DNA of 63,959 bases, counting the filler, from an uncultured bacterium (GTDB lineage Bacteria; B130-G9), in the NCBI GenBank assembly GCA_965372715.1. It is 4 parts of 4 records of this genome, joined end to end, with 100 filler letters (N's around TTAATTAATTAA, not from the genome) between each part and the next. Parts side by side here need not be neighbours in the genome. Positions count along the whole stretch, not along the records: positions 20,980 to 39,613 come from CBDVDH010000064.1; positions 39,714 to 57,869 come from CBDVDH010000066.1; 2 more parts are not named here. One strand, written 5' to 3'. Positions 28,965 through 42,028 of the stretch are shown in pieces. Made by a program: the position numbers and the translations under genes. How positions within the stretch are numbered: the stretch's first letter is position 1; each line of letters begins with the position of its first letter. The notes beneath the pieces are model-generated. The model was not told where the DNA came from. It ran no database searches and was given only the letters and a program-made list of their open reading frames with translations.

Positions 28965-29768
28965 ATGCCAGTGTCAATGTTCGAGCTGGCGCCTGCAATG
29001 AGCGCGGTGGGCGCGTTGCTCTCTCTTGACGACAACGTCCTGTTTCGGGGTATGTTCGCGCAGCCGATCGCGTGTGGCTCGATTCTGGGCCTGTTGTTCG
29101 GCGATCTGCGGCTCGGCGCAACCGTAGGCGCCATACTGCAATTGCTCTGGCTATTCGATGTCCCAGCCGGAGGTTTCATAAGCATTGACTACACTTCCTG
29201 CACAACCATCTCCCTGGCCCTGTTGCTGCCACTGATTCAGTCGGGACTCACCGTGAAAGAGTCGCTCATTTTGGGCCTTCCGTTCTTTGTCCTGATTGGG
29301 ATGTTGGGGGGAGCTCTCTCCTCACATCTCACCAAGCGCCTCCGTCGATTCAACGAGGTCATCGTTCAGAGAGCCGTTCGGGGGATTGATAACGGCAAGA
29401 TCTCCTCGGTTTGGCGCAACAATACGGCGGCGCTCTTGCCGATGTTTGCAAAGGCCTTCATCGTTATCCTGGCCTCGATATTGGCAGGCAGATTCGTGGC
29501 ATTCCCTCTTCTGCGCTTTTTTGTGAAACACTGTGATGTATCCGTATATGGGTTCTGGGTCGCCGCGCTCCCAGCTGCTGGAATCGGGATAGGCCTGAGC
29601 GCTCTGCGCGAGCATCGCGGCATAGTATTCGCCGGCGTTTCGATGGCCGCTGCGCTGATAATCATGCGCATCAACGTGCTCTCAGCGCCACTTGCTGCGG
29701 GTTTGGTTCTTTTGAGCTGCCTCATCGTTTTTCTTGTGTGGCGGAGGTTGAGTCCAAATGAGCGATAG
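28965..29768 (+). CDS. PTS mannose-family EIIC
   Basis: QPIACGSILGLLFGD...GAILQLLWL..PAGG; multi-TM. Confidence 0.85.
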   Translation: MPVSMFELAPAMSAVGALLSLDDNVLFRGMFAQPIACGSILGLLFGDLRLGATVGAILQLLWLFDVPAGGFISIDYTSCTTISLALLLPLIQSGLTVKESLILGLPFFVLIGMLGGALSSHLTKRLRRFNEVIVQRAVRGIDNGKISSVWRNNTAALLPMFAKAFIVILASILAGRFVAFPLLRFFVKHCDVSVYGFWVAALPAAGIGIGLSALREHRGIVFAGVSMAAALIIMRINVLSAPLAAGLVLLSCLIVFLVWRRLSPNER

Positions 29769-30534
29769 ACCTGAAGCGACGCGCATCCCCAAGGGGATCC
29801 GCACTGCTGTCGCGCTGCGGACATTCATGCTCGAGGCCTGCTGGAACAACAGGGCCAAGCAGAGCCTCGGCCTCTGTTTCTCGATTCTTCCGGCGCTCAA
29901 GAGGCTCTACTCTGGCCAGGCTCTTAAGGAGGCGCTCAAGAGGCACCTTTCGGTCTTCAATACGAACCCGTGCTTTTCTGGTTTCATCGCTGGGGCTATC
30001 ATACAGCACGAGGCCGCCGGGCAAACGGATGACTCTCAAGAAAAGTCGCGGATGGACCGGATGAAGTCGATGCTTGGTGGGACGTTCGGTGCGCTGGGAG
30101 ACGATCTGATGTGGTTCTCGCTAAAGCCATTCTTGGGAACACTGGCGGTTCTTCTTTTCCTTCTGGGCAACGAGTGGGCGTTCGTCTGGCTGGTTGGCAT
30201 CTTCTCCGCCTCGAGCATTGTGCTTCGCCTCAGAGGCGTTGAACTGGGATTGAAGGGCGGTTTAGCGGTTCAGCGGCACTTGAATAGAATCAAGTTCAAA
30301 CGCATCGCAGTGGCGCTAAAGCGCGCGACATGCGTTCTGTTGGGAGCGGTCGCGGGGGTTCTGCTCTCAGCGGACAGGTGGTCTGTTGCAGAATGCAACG
30401 GATTGTGGTTCGGGGCCGCCATGACTGTGCCGATTATCGTCGTTTGCTTTATACTCAGGTCAAGAAACGTCTCTTCGGGGAAAATCGGGGCCGGTGTTTG
30501 CGTCCTGATCCTTATCGGGGTTCTTCTAAGTTGA
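29758..30534 (+). CDS. PTS mannose-family EIID
   Basis: ACWN...QSLG, RHLSVFNTNP, GALGDDLMW. Confidence 0.88.
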   Translation: MSDRPEATRIPKGIRTAVALRTFMLEACWNNRAKQSLGLCFSILPALKRLYSGQALKEALKRHLSVFNTNPCFSGFIAGAIIQHEAAGQTDDSQEKSRMDRMKSMLGGTFGALGDDLMWFSLKPFLGTLAVLLFLLGNEWAFVWLVGIFSASSIVLRLRGVELGLKGGLAVQRHLNRIKFKRIAVALKRATCVLLGAVAGVLLSADRWSVAECNGLWFGAAMTVPIIVVCFILRSRNVSSGKIGAGVCVLILIGVLLS

Positions 30535-30561
30535 CGGTTTGTGCAGTTTCGGGACTGGTTG

Positions 30562-30849
30562 ATGCGTGAAGAACAGGTAACGATCAAGGACGAGTTCGGG
30601 ATGCACCTGAGGTCCATAATGTCACTTGTTGAGGCGGCCAAGTCCTTCAAGTCGGACGTAAGCGTGAGGTTCGGAGATGAGGTCGCGGATGGCAAGAGTC
30701 CCTGGGCCCTGCTTGCGCTAGGCGTTATAGCAGGCAGCCGGATAAGTCTCTGCGTGGATGGTCCAGACGAGGACGATGCAATGGCTAAGCTGCTCCAGCT
30801 TGCTGAAAACAGTTTCATTCCGCTGAGTGGGCTCGAGAGGGATAGATGA
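30562..30849 (+). CDS. ptsH: Phosphocarrier protein HPr
   Basis: GMHLRS (His15), DGKS (Ser46), GPDEDDAM. Confidence 0.88.
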   Translation: MREEQVTIKDEFGMHLRSIMSLVEAAKSFKSDVSVRFGDEVADGKSPWALLALGVIAGSRISLCVDGPDEDDAMAKLLQLAENSFIPLSGLERDR

Positions 30850-32603
30850 AACGGCTCAGCGGGATAAAGGCCTCGCCTGGGATTGCGATAGGTCGTGCTT
30901 TCATCCTTGATCGCAGTTTGCAGCCGGTTGAGAAGAAGGCAATTCCTGAAACGCGGCTTGCGCGCGAGATAAAGAGATTTCTGTCGGCTATTGAGAAGGC
31001 CCAAAAGGAGATTGAGGCGATCCGGGCGAGCTTGGAAACCGACAAGGCGAAAGAGCTCTCTACGATCCTCGACACGCATATCATGCTCTTGCAGGACGAA
31101 GCTCTAAAAGGCGACGTCATCAAGATAATAAGTGAGCAGAAGGTCAACGCGGCCTGGGCGGTCTCGGAGCACGTTGGTCGGTTCAACGAGATGCTCGCCA
31201 GTGTAGGTGGCGAGTATCTTTCGAGTAGAGTGGCCGACTTGAACGACATCAAGAGTCGATTGCTTGAGAATCTCGGCATAAGCGCTGGTGTGTCCCGGAT
31301 AGATGAGGCCCCTGAGGGTTCGATAGTGGTTGCGCGGGATATTACGCCATCTGAGGCGGCGCAGATCGACACGGCACGAATCGTCGGCTTTGTTACAGAG
31401 CTGGGCAGCAGGACATCTCATTCGGCAATACTGGCGAGGGCGCACGAGATACCGGCCGTTGTGGGCGCCGTAGGTGTGTTGCAAAGCGTCAAGCAGGGGA
31501 CCAGGATGATCGTCGATGGCCTTGACGGCAAGGTCGTCATCTTCCCTACGGCGAAGCATCTCGCGGAGTACGAGAAGAAGAAGAGCGCCTATGAGTATTA
31601 CGTTACGGAGCTGCTGTCAGCCGCCGATCTGCCCGCTGAGACCAGAGATGGCTTCAGGATAGCGATTGAGGCCAACATAGAGTCGCCCCACGACATTAAG
31701 ACATCTCTTGAGCATGGGGCGGTGGGAATTGGCCTTTACAGGACAGAGTATCTCTTCATGGAGCAGAAACACATTCCGAGTGAGGATGAGCACTACCTGG
31801 CCTACAAGTCCGTGGCCGAACAGATCGCGCCTCACTCGGCGACTATCAGAACGATCGACATCGGTGGCGAGAAGCTATTTGGCGCGGTCAAGATGCCGTC
31901 GCAGCGCAATCCTGCTCTCGGCCTCCGGGCGATACGGCTGTGTTTTGCAAGGCCCGAGATGCTGAAGGACCAGATAAAGGGGATACTCAGAGCTGGCGTC
32001 CACGGGAACCTGAAGATAATGTTCCCGATGATAAGCGGCGTCGAGGAGCTCAAGAAGGGTAAGGCGGTCATAGAGGAGTGCAAGCGGGAGCTGAAGAGGG
32101 CCGGAGTACCCTTCAATGACGAGATGGAGGTGGGGATCATGATCGAGATTCCCTCGGCCGCCATGACCGCTGACATATTGGCCTCGGAGTGCGATTTCTT
32201 CAGCATCGGGACGAACGACCTTATCCAGTATTCGCTCGCCATCGACAGGGCGAACGAGGAGGTGGCGTATCTTTACGACCCGCTGCATCCGGCCGTTCTC
32301 AGAACCATAAAGATGATCGTTGACGCGGCTCACGCTCACAAGGTGGGCGTAGGTGTCTGCGGCGAGATGGCGGCCGAGCCACTATACGTGCTCATGCTTC
32401 TCGGACTCGGTGTCGATGAGTTGAGCATGAACCCAGTCGCGATCCCCGCAGCCAAGAAGATCGTCAGAAGCTCCCAGCTGTCGGAAGCGCTTGAAATAGC
32501 CCGCAAGGCCCTCTACTTCGGAACGTCAGATGAGGTCGAGCAATACATATACCGCGTCATGTCAAAGCGCTACCCCCAAGAGATCGCCTCGCTAGTATTC
32601 TGA
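30846..32603 (+). CDS. ptsI: PEP-protein phosphotransferase (enzyme I)
   Basis: SRTSHSAILAR, GIGLYRTE, NPALGLRAIR, SIGTNDLIQY, VCGEMA. Confidence 0.96.
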   Translation: MKRLSGIKASPGIAIGRAFILDRSLQPVEKKAIPETRLAREIKRFLSAIEKAQKEIEAIRASLETDKAKELSTILDTHIMLLQDEALKGDVIKIISEQKVNAAWAVSEHVGRFNEMLASVGGEYLSSRVADLNDIKSRLLENLGISAGVSRIDEAPEGSIVVARDITPSEAAQIDTARIVGFVTELGSRTSHSAILARAHEIPAVVGAVGVLQSVKQGTRMIVDGLDGKVVIFPTAKHLAEYEKKKSAYEYYVTELLSAADLPAETRDGFRIAIEANIESPHDIKTSLEHGAVGIGLYRTEYLFMEQKHIPSEDEHYLAYKSVAEQIAPHSATIRTIDIGGEKLFGAVKMPSQRNPALGLRAIRLCFARPEMLKDQIKGILRAGVHGNLKIMFPMISGVEELKKGKAVIEECKRELKRAGVPFNDEMEVGIMIEIPSAAMTADILASECDFFSIGTNDLIQYSLAIDRANEEVAYLYDPLHPAVLRTIKMIVDAAHAHKVGVGVCGEMAAEPLYVLMLLGLGVDELSMNPVAIPAAKKIVRSSQLSEALEIARKALYFGTSDEVEQYIYRVMSKRYPQEIASLVF

Positions 32604-32897
32604 CCGAGGTGTGCCCATTCGGTTACCCCTGCCAGCTCCAGCCTTCGACCGTTCGAGTTGATTCAGCCACGAATGCACACGAATTGACACCAAGCCCGTA
32701 TTATTCGTAAACTGCGGATGCGATGAGATGTGGGGCGGCTTTCCAGCCTGCCTTTTGTAGTGATTGCCGCATCCCTCACATGGAACACTCTGTCGCGCCA
32801 GACCCTGACTTTGGCAGGCTGGAAGAGGCTGCCCCATAAGTCGGGGCATGGAGGTTTTTTCGTCCACTTGCACAAAAATGTTACAGGAAATACGATC

Positions 32898-33062
32898 GAT
32901 TGTCAAGATCAAAGTGGCCGTTTTCTTATGCGACGCGATTGTCGGAATCGGCCTGTAGGGGCGGTGTCTCAGACCCGCCCGCCTACATCAATCCCTGCGG
33001 ATACGAGGCATCTTATGCGACCGTCAATTCGAAAGGGCGGGTCTTCAGACCTCGCCCCTACA
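32898..33062. repeat. REPIN/MITE-like element (GTAG REP inverted pair with conserved spacer and flank)
   Basis: 32898-33031 is near-identical to 63826-63959; related elements at 48239-48347 and 53330-53435. Confidence 0.85.
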
Positions 33063-33416
33063 CAACCGCAACGACTTATGGGACAGCCTCCGGAAAGGCT
33101 GCCCCACACCCACGAGAGTCACGGCCTTGAATTATTCGGGCAAGGGGTCTTGAACATGGAACGTGGATTTCGGTGCGCCGTACGACGGCCAAACTTCCGC
33201 TGCGGCCTTTGACTTTCAACTTTCGACTTCGGGCTTTCGACCATTTTGGCTCGGAAGATCTTCGTGATTTGGCGCTTTACATCTACAACTGAGATGGTAT
33301 TTTCGCTTTCTGTTTGTGCCAAGACGAGGGAGGCATAGGCTCCCCTTGAGATAACGAATCCGCGGCAGCAGCCCAGCCGCAGCGGTGGTGATAACGGCTT
33401 CTAACTGGAGGTTAAT

Positions 33417-35863
<2,447 letters not shown>

Positions 35864-35891
35864 AACGATAAGGTATGCAATCTGGACACTC

Positions 35892-35971
35892 GAGAAAGGC
35901 GGAAGGATGAAGGATGAAAAGCGCTCTAATGAATGACTCATCCTTCATAATTCATAATTCAGCCTTCCAGA
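35892..35971. repeat. GAAGGAT-heptamer repeat element, copy 2
   Basis: Same flanks as 24901-25015 with fewer heptamer units. Confidence 0.8.
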
Positions 35972-35983
35972 AAGTGGGGTTAT

Positions 35984-38413
35984 ATGGCTAAGAAATCACT
36001 TGTGATTGTAGAGTCCCCGGCCAAGGCCAAGACGATAAACCGATACCTGGGTGAAGGTTTTGTCGTGAAGTCATCGGCCGGGCACGTGAAAGACCTTCCG
36101 CTGAGGAAGCTCGGCGTTGATGTTAATGACGGCTTCACTCCCGAGTATGAGGTCGTCAAGGACAAGGTACCGGTGATAAAGGACCTCAGAGCTCTGTGTA
36201 AGAAATGCGACAAAGTGTATCTCGCGACTGACCCAGACCGAGAGGGCGAGGCGATTTGCTGGCACCTTCGTCAGGAGCTGGATTGCGCGGATGAGCAGGT
36301 CTTTCGGGTTCTGTTCACGGAGATCACCAGGAGCGGAATCGAGCGGGGGATGTCCAACCCGATGCCCATAGACATCAATAGGGTCAACGCTCAGCAGGCG
36401 CGTCGCGTCCTCGACAGGCTCGTCGGTTACCAGATTAGCCCGCTACTTAGCCAGAAGGTTCGCCAAGGTCTCTCTGCCGGCAGGGTTCAATCCGTCGCGC
36501 TCAGAGTGATCTGCGAAAGGGAGATGGCGATAAGGGAGTTTACGCCTGAGGAATACTGGTCCATAACCGCCGTGCTTGAGACCAAGGACGGCAAGGAGGT
36601 CAACGCGGAGCTCGTAAAGATGGGCAAAAAGGCCGCCAAGATCCCAGACGCCAAGAAGGCGGAAGAGATATACGACAGAATACTGAAGCAGGCGACTATT
36701 CTGGTTTCCGACGTCAAGAGAGTCGAGAAGAAACAGCCGCCGCCGCCGCCGCTCATTACGAGCACGCTTCAGCAGTACGCGTCGGCCGACCTGCGCCTCG
36801 CGCCGAGGGTGGCTATGGAGCTCGCACAGAGTCTTTACGAGGGCGTCGATCTGAAGGACGCTGGCCTGGTAGGTCTGATCACTTACATGAGAACCGACTC
36901 TACAAGGGTCGCAGAGACAGCGCTAGCGAGGGTCCGAGACCTAATCGGCGAGACATTCGGCCCTGATTACGTGCCGCAGACGCCAAATCGATACAAGTCC
37001 CCAAGGGGCGCGCAAGAAGCGCACGAGGCGATAAGACCGACGGACCTATTCATGAGGCCAGACGAGATTAGGCATTTTTTGTCGAAGGATCAGTTTAGGG
37101 TCTATCGGCTGATATGGGCTGCCTTTGTCGCGAGTCAGATGAAGCCTGCGCTATTCGATCGCACTGTGGCGCAGCTTAAGGTCGGTGATTTCACCTTCAA
37201 GGCCCAAGGCTCAGTTCGAACCTTTCCCGGTTTCCAAAGGGTGCATGAGGAGCTGAACCATCACAAGAGACCGCAGAAGGACGTCGTGCTCCCGGCGCTT
37301 GAGATAGGCGACGAACTCAGTCTGAAGAGCCTCGAGAAGAAGCAGCACTTCACTGAGCCGCCGCCTCGATATACTGAGAGCAGCCTGATCAAGGGGCTGG
37401 TGGAGGCTGGGATAGGGCGTCCGAGCACCTACGCGATGATCTTGAACACAATTCGGATGCGCGAGTATGTTCAAATGGAGAAGCGCGCGTTCAAGGCGAC
37501 GCCTCTGGGTCTTCTCGTGAATCGGCTCCTGATTGCCAACTTCCCCAAGGTGATGGACGTCAACTTCACGGCCGATATGGAACAGCAGCTTGACGCTGTT
37601 GAGGAGGGCAAGCTTGACTGGCAGGAGGCAATTGGCAGGTTCTACGAGGACTTCTCAAGGGCAGTGAAACGTGCCGAGAAGAACATGGCGGTACCCCAGC
37701 AAGAGACCAAATACGAGTGCGAGCAGTGCAAGAGCAAGATGCTCCTGAAATGGAGCCGGAGAAAGGGCTGGTTCCTGTCGTGCTCAGCCTATCCGAAGTG
37801 CAAGACGGCCAAGGACGTGGTTTACGACACGCTTGGCAACCTAAGGGTCGTCGAGCCCAAGAAAAGCAAAGTCATGTGCGACAAGTGCGGCCGCGAGATG
37901 GTGCTCAAGCAGTCCAGATACGGTAGCTTCCTGGCTTGCTCCGGCTATCCTGATTGCCGGAACACCAAGCCGGTCCGCATGGATGAGCAAACGGGCGAGA
38001 TGGTTGTGGTCAAGATGGAGGAGGTTGATGAAACCTGCCCAAAGTGCAGCTCGAAGCTGGTCATAAAGCTCGGCCGGAGCGGCAGATTCCTCGCCTGCTC
38101 AGCGTATCCCAAGTGCACGTTCACCAAATCGATCAGTATCGGCGTTGCGTGCCCGAAGCAGGACTGCGGCGGATACATAACGGAGAAAAGAACTAGGAAG
38201 GGCAAGATATTCTACGGATGCAGCAATTACCCGAATTGCAGGTTTGCCGTTTGGGATAAGCCGGTTGCGGAGAAGTGCCCCCAATGCGGCGGCTTGATGG
38301 TCACAAAATACGAAAGAGGGTCTGACCAGCCCACTTATTTGTGCAGCCAAAAGGACTGCGGTCACAGAACCTCTGACATTAAGCGAGAAAAGGAGCCCCA
38401 AGAAGATAGCTAA
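35984..38413 (+). CDS. topA: DNA topoisomerase I
   Basis: LVIVESPAKAKTI, ATDPDREGEAI, SAGRVQS, ITYMRTDS, several C-terminal C4 zinc ribbons. Confidence 0.98.
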   Translation: MAKKSLVIVESPAKAKTINRYLGEGFVVKSSAGHVKDLPLRKLGVDVNDGFTPEYEVVKDKVPVIKDLRALCKKCDKVYLATDPDREGEAICWHLRQELDCADEQVFRVLFTEITRSGIERGMSNPMPIDINRVNAQQARRVLDRLVGYQISPLLSQKVRQGLSAGRVQSVALRVICEREMAIREFTPEEYWSITAVLETKDGKEVNAELVKMGKKAAKIPDAKKAEEIYDRILKQATILVSDVKRVEKKQPPPPPLITSTLQQYASADLRLAPRVAMELAQSLYEGVDLKDAGLVGLITYMRTDSTRVAETALARVRDLIGETFGPDYVPQTPNRYKSPRGAQEAHEAIRPTDLFMRPDEIRHFLSKDQFRVYRLIWAAFVASQMKPALFDRTVAQLKVGDFTFKAQGSVRTFPGFQRVHEELNHHKRPQKDVVLPALEIGDELSLKSLEKKQHFTEPPPRYTESSLIKGLVEAGIGRPSTYAMILNTIRMREYVQMEKRAFKATPLGLLVNRLLIANFPKVMDVNFTADMEQQLDAVEEGKLDWQEAIGRFYEDFSRAVKRAEKNMAVPQQETKYECEQCKSKMLLKWSRRKGWFLSCSAYPKCKTAKDVVYDTLGNLRVVEPKKSKVMCDKCGREMVLKQSRYGSFLACSGYPDCRNTKPVRMDEQTGEMVVVKMEEVDETCPKCSSKLVIKLGRSGRFLACSAYPKCTFTKSISIGVACPKQDCGGYITEKRTRKGKIFYGCSNYPNCRFAVWDKPVAEKCPQCGGLMVTKYERGSDQPTYLCSQKDCGHRTSDIKREKEPQEDS

Positions 38414-38602
38414 TGTGGGGGCGCTTCCCCGACTTCTATGCAGGCTCGAGTATAATCCGGATTCGGCGTCGTAGGGGCGGTCAAAAGTCGCCCGTTCTGA
38501 TGAATGGGCATCGGGAGGTGCTGCATTCGATCGGATCCACACAGGTGGGCGGGTCAAAGACCGCGTCACTACAGGGCCACAATTCCCACGATCACATCTG
38601 AA

Positions 38603-39529
38603 ATGAATCCATTGACGCGGCTTGCCAGAGCCGCCTACTACCAGTTCTTCGCCACAATCTCGAAGGTGCTCTTGCCCAACACCAGGCGGCTTTTCGCGCT
38701 CGGCGCTTTTTTGGGCGGAATGCGATACCATGTCGGCTACGTAGGCAAGATGCGCTCTAAACGGTGGTATCTGAGATACCTGCGTGAGGCGCTGCCTCAC
38801 CTAACTGAACGCCGAAGGTGCGAGATACTCAAGAAGTTCTGGATTGACCATGAGAAATCGTTTCTCGAGCTCTTTCTAATTCCAACCCTCTCGAGAGACA
38901 ATATCGATGCTTTCGTGCAATTCGATGGACTCCAAATCCTCGACGATTGCCTCAAGGCCGGCAGGGGCGTGGTCCTTGCTGTGCCGCATTTCGGCAATTC
39001 GCGGCTTCTACACATCGCCCTTGCCATAAAGGGCTACCCAATGAACGTCATCTCATCCCGATATGAGGAGGCGTCGGACAGGGTGCGTGAGATTCTGCTC
39101 GGGCCCTCGCTTAAATGGCACAAAGTCGGCCACCCCGACACTTCCCCTCGCTGGATGTTCAATGCCCTCAAGCAGAATGAGATTCTGCAAATCTCGCCCA
39201 CGGCTTTCGGCGCCTCAAAAGGCTGCTGGATTGAGTTCCTGGGTGGCAGAACTCTGGTCTCCAGCTCTCCCGCGCGGCTGGCGATTTCAACCGGGGCGCC
39301 GCTCGTGCCCGCCTTCATATTCCGCGCCCCGGACGACAGACACCGCATAGAAATTAGGCCGCCACTTGAGATTGAGCAGTTTGACGACCGACAGCGAACC
39401 ATCGACGCTGCCACAGCAGAACTCATGAAGACCCTCGAGGAATACACCACCCAATACCCTGACCAGTTCTATTGGATGTGGTTTGTGATCCGCCGTCAGC
39501 AGGCTGAAGGCCTCGTCCCGCCGGAATAG
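38603..39529 (+). CDS. LpxL/HtrB-family lipid acyltransferase
   Basis: GRGVVLAVPHFGN, EFLG...ARLA..TGAPLVP, YPDQFYWM. Confidence 0.8.
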   Translation: MNPLTRLARAAYYQFFATISKVLLPNTRRLFALGAFLGGMRYHVGYVGKMRSKRWYLRYLREALPHLTERRRCEILKKFWIDHEKSFLELFLIPTLSRDNIDAFVQFDGLQILDDCLKAGRGVVLAVPHFGNSRLLHIALAIKGYPMNVISSRYEEASDRVREILLGPSLKWHKVGHPDTSPRWMFNALKQNEILQISPTAFGASKGCWIEFLGGRTLVSSSPARLAISTGAPLVPAFIFRAPDDRHRIEIRPPLEIEQFDDRQRTIDAATAELMKTLEEYTTQYPDQFYWMWFVIRRQQAEGLVPPE

Positions 39530-39613
39530 AGACCAGGGCGGAAGGGTCCTGTAGGGGCGGTGCTTGCCCCGCCCTTCTCTGATGTGACCGAACGCTCGCC
39601 GGCAGGCGCAGTC

Positions 39614-39713
39614 NNNNNNNNNNNNNNNNNNNNNNNNNNNNNNNNNNNNNNNNNNNNTTAATTAATTAANNNNNNNNNNNNNNNNNNNNNNNNNNNNNNN
39701 NNNNNNNNNNNNN
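39614..39713. other. Artificial contig linker
   Basis: N44-TTAATTAATTAA-N44. Confidence 0.98.
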
Positions 39714-39917
39714 GCCGCGGCGAGTCAAAGCGGCGTCAAGCCGCCGCACTCCAAAATCACCCAATGGGTGCGACTCACACCCCGACCCCCGTCCCACTCA
39801 TCACCTTTGGGCAGCCGCAAAACGTCTTAGCCCCACCATCTTTCTTGCCGTCAATGTGATTATTGGGGAAGATGGGGCGGCTTGCCTAGGCAAGGGCTAG
39901 TTGATAGCATCACTTGC

Positions 39918-41933
39918 ATGGAAACTGGACTAATGTCGTGGGAGGCGCGGGCGGCAAGATCTCTGTCCCGGTGGTATGTGTTCGTGCCCCTGATCATCCT
40001 GTTATCCCTGCTGATCTACGGGACTTGTCTCGATGATTTTCCTATTCCCGAGACATTCGCCCACATGTCGCCGTTCAGTCTTGCAGCGCTAGTCGATCAG
40101 GTCTGGAACGGCCTTTGGAACTTCTGCCGGCCCACGGCGATGATCATCTTCCGCATCGGCACTGCGCTTTTTGAGTCCAACTACGTAGGCTACCGGTTGA
40201 TGGTTCTCTCTCTGCATCTGCTCAACGTGTTCATGGTGTTTGCGCTGGCGAGGGTTCTTTTCAGAAACGAGATGGCCGCCGTTGTGTCGGGACTCATTTT
40301 CGCAACTCACCCTATCCACAGCGAATGCATCTGTCTGATTGTTTCGCTGTTTGATGTATCGTGCATGACCTTCTTCCTCGCATCCCTGCTGGCTTTCGAC
40401 CGCTATCTAGTCGCTCGGGAAAGTGGATCGAGGGCTCAGGCACGGGCTTGGCTCCTTGTCACTTGTCTGCTCTTGATGCTCTGTCTGGGCTCAAAGGAAG
40501 TGGGGGCCACGCTTCCCTTTGTCATGATTGCCTACGATGCTTGCACGCGGATTCGGAGGGATCGTATGAAGGAGTCCGTCATCGCAGTAGGCAGACGAGC
40601 GATCCCGTTTCTCCTCATACTCGCTGCCTACATTATCTTCAGGATTGCGCGGTACGAGCAAAACGTGAGCTATGTGAGGCTCTTCTTCGATGAGCCGCTT
40701 GGGACTCTCAGGAACCTGATTGACTACTTCCGACTGGCTTTCTTTCCGAATGAGATGTGGGTGGTCCTGCTGCTTATGCTTCCGTTTGCGAAAAAGCAGT
40801 ATGTGTTTGCGCTAGTGTTTCTTCTGTTGCCGCTCCTTCCGCCCCTTCAGATAGTCCCTCAAGAGCGTTTTGTGTATATATCCAGCGCTGGCTACAGCAT
40901 GGCGGTCGCCTGGTGCTTTGTGATAGGGTGGCGAAGGATTGGGAACCTCCTCGGCGCGCTCAAGAGGCACAGTCGCATCGCCTCAATCGGTTCAGCTGTC
41001 GCTATCTGCATCGCTGTTTTCCAGATGCCGTTTGCCTACATGAATACGTTGACTTGGAGTGAATTCGTGCCGATCCGCAAAACGCTGAGCTCAATCTGGC
41101 GAGTTGTCGGGAGACCTGAGCCGGGAACAGTGCTTTACTTCGCGAACATTGAGCCGCAGCAAAACCTTGCGCAACTGAGCGAGTATGACCCCAGGATTAC
41201 GGGCGCCTTCAGGTGCGAGAAGTTGATCAACTATCTTTTCGAGAACCATGACGGACAGGAGTTCTTCTTTGAGATCAGAGGCAAGGAGGCGTTTCCGAGC
41301 GAGGACCTTCGCAGTAAGTGTAAAAAGCTTGAGGCCAGACTGGGCCGAATGAGCTATGGCCAGCCGGATTTCATCTGGGGCCCCGGCGGCCGACCACTCT
41401 CCGAATGGACAGTTCTGGGCGCAGACCCCAGTTTCAGGCCAGCTGTTGATGAGCAGGGGATCGGCGGCGCAGTTGAGAGAATCGAGACCCGGGTTTGCGG
41501 AGACGAGCCGGTTGTGCTGTTGAGCCCGATTCTCGACATCTCAACTGTGGACGTCACGTCGGTTGCGCTGGACCTTGACGTCCTGTCCGAAGGGACGACC
41601 TGTCAGTTGGAGTGGACCCTTTTGCCAGATGGGGAAAGACGAAGCAATCCGGCCTCGGTCATCGGGGTTTATCACGATGTTGAGGACCCAACAGGTCCGC
41701 TAAGCTCAGGCCGGTGGCGGCAAGCCGCTCCCAGGGTCAGTGTGGGGATGGACTTGACGACCCTGGACCTGGGGTCGCGCCCAGATTGGGTCTTCGAGCG
41801 GCGAAAGGTGGAGCGAATCGCCATCAAACTGACCGGCAATAGCAGACTGTCCGTCTTCTCTATCAAACTCGAGCGGCCGTTAAAGACTAGAGCCCCCGGC
41901 TTACAGGCCATACTCCAGTTCCACGAGAAGTGA
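39918..41933 (+). CDS. GT-C fold (PMT/TMTC-like) membrane glycosyltransferase with an extracytoplasmic C-terminal domain
   Basis: RP motif, LHLLNV, FATHPIHSE, SKE, ERFVY; many TM helices; start uncertain. Confidence 0.7.
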   Translation: METGLMSWEARAARSLSRWYVFVPLIILLSLLIYGTCLDDFPIPETFAHMSPFSLAALVDQVWNGLWNFCRPTAMIIFRIGTALFESNYVGYRLMVLSLHLLNVFMVFALARVLFRNEMAAVVSGLIFATHPIHSECICLIVSLFDVSCMTFFLASLLAFDRYLVARESGSRAQARAWLLVTCLLLMLCLGSKEVGATLPFVMIAYDACTRIRRDRMKESVIAVGRRAIPFLLILAAYIIFRIARYEQNVSYVRLFFDEPLGTLRNLIDYFRLAFFPNEMWVVLLLMLPFAKKQYVFALVFLLLPLLPPLQIVPQERFVYISSAGYSMAVAWCFVIGWRRIGNLLGALKRHSRIASIGSAVAICIAVFQMPFAYMNTLTWSEFVPIRKTLSSIWRVVGRPEPGTVLYFANIEPQQNLAQLSEYDPRITGAFRCEKLINYLFENHDGQEFFFEIRGKEAFPSEDLRSKCKKLEARLGRMSYGQPDFIWGPGGRPLSEWTVLGADPSFRPAVDEQGIGGAVERIETRVCGDEPVVLLSPILDISTVDVTSVALDLDVLSEGTTCQLEWTLLPDGERRSNPASVIGVYHDVEDPTGPLSSGRWRQAAPRVSVGMDLTTLDLGSRPDWVFERRKVERIAIKLTGNSRLSVFSIKLERPLKTRAPGLQAILQFHEK

Positions 41934-42028
41934 CGATATCAGCCGATTGGACTTGTAAGCGCCGCGCCCCCAGGGACGCGCGGGCTACCTCGCGAGGGCA
42001 CGATTGTCGCCCGATGCGGTTGGTGACC

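Noticed and set aside
33385-33412. AACGGCTTC resembling the SAM/SAH riboswitch core upstream of metK
   Set aside because: The flanking P1 pairing and pseudoknot are missing, so this is a short chance match
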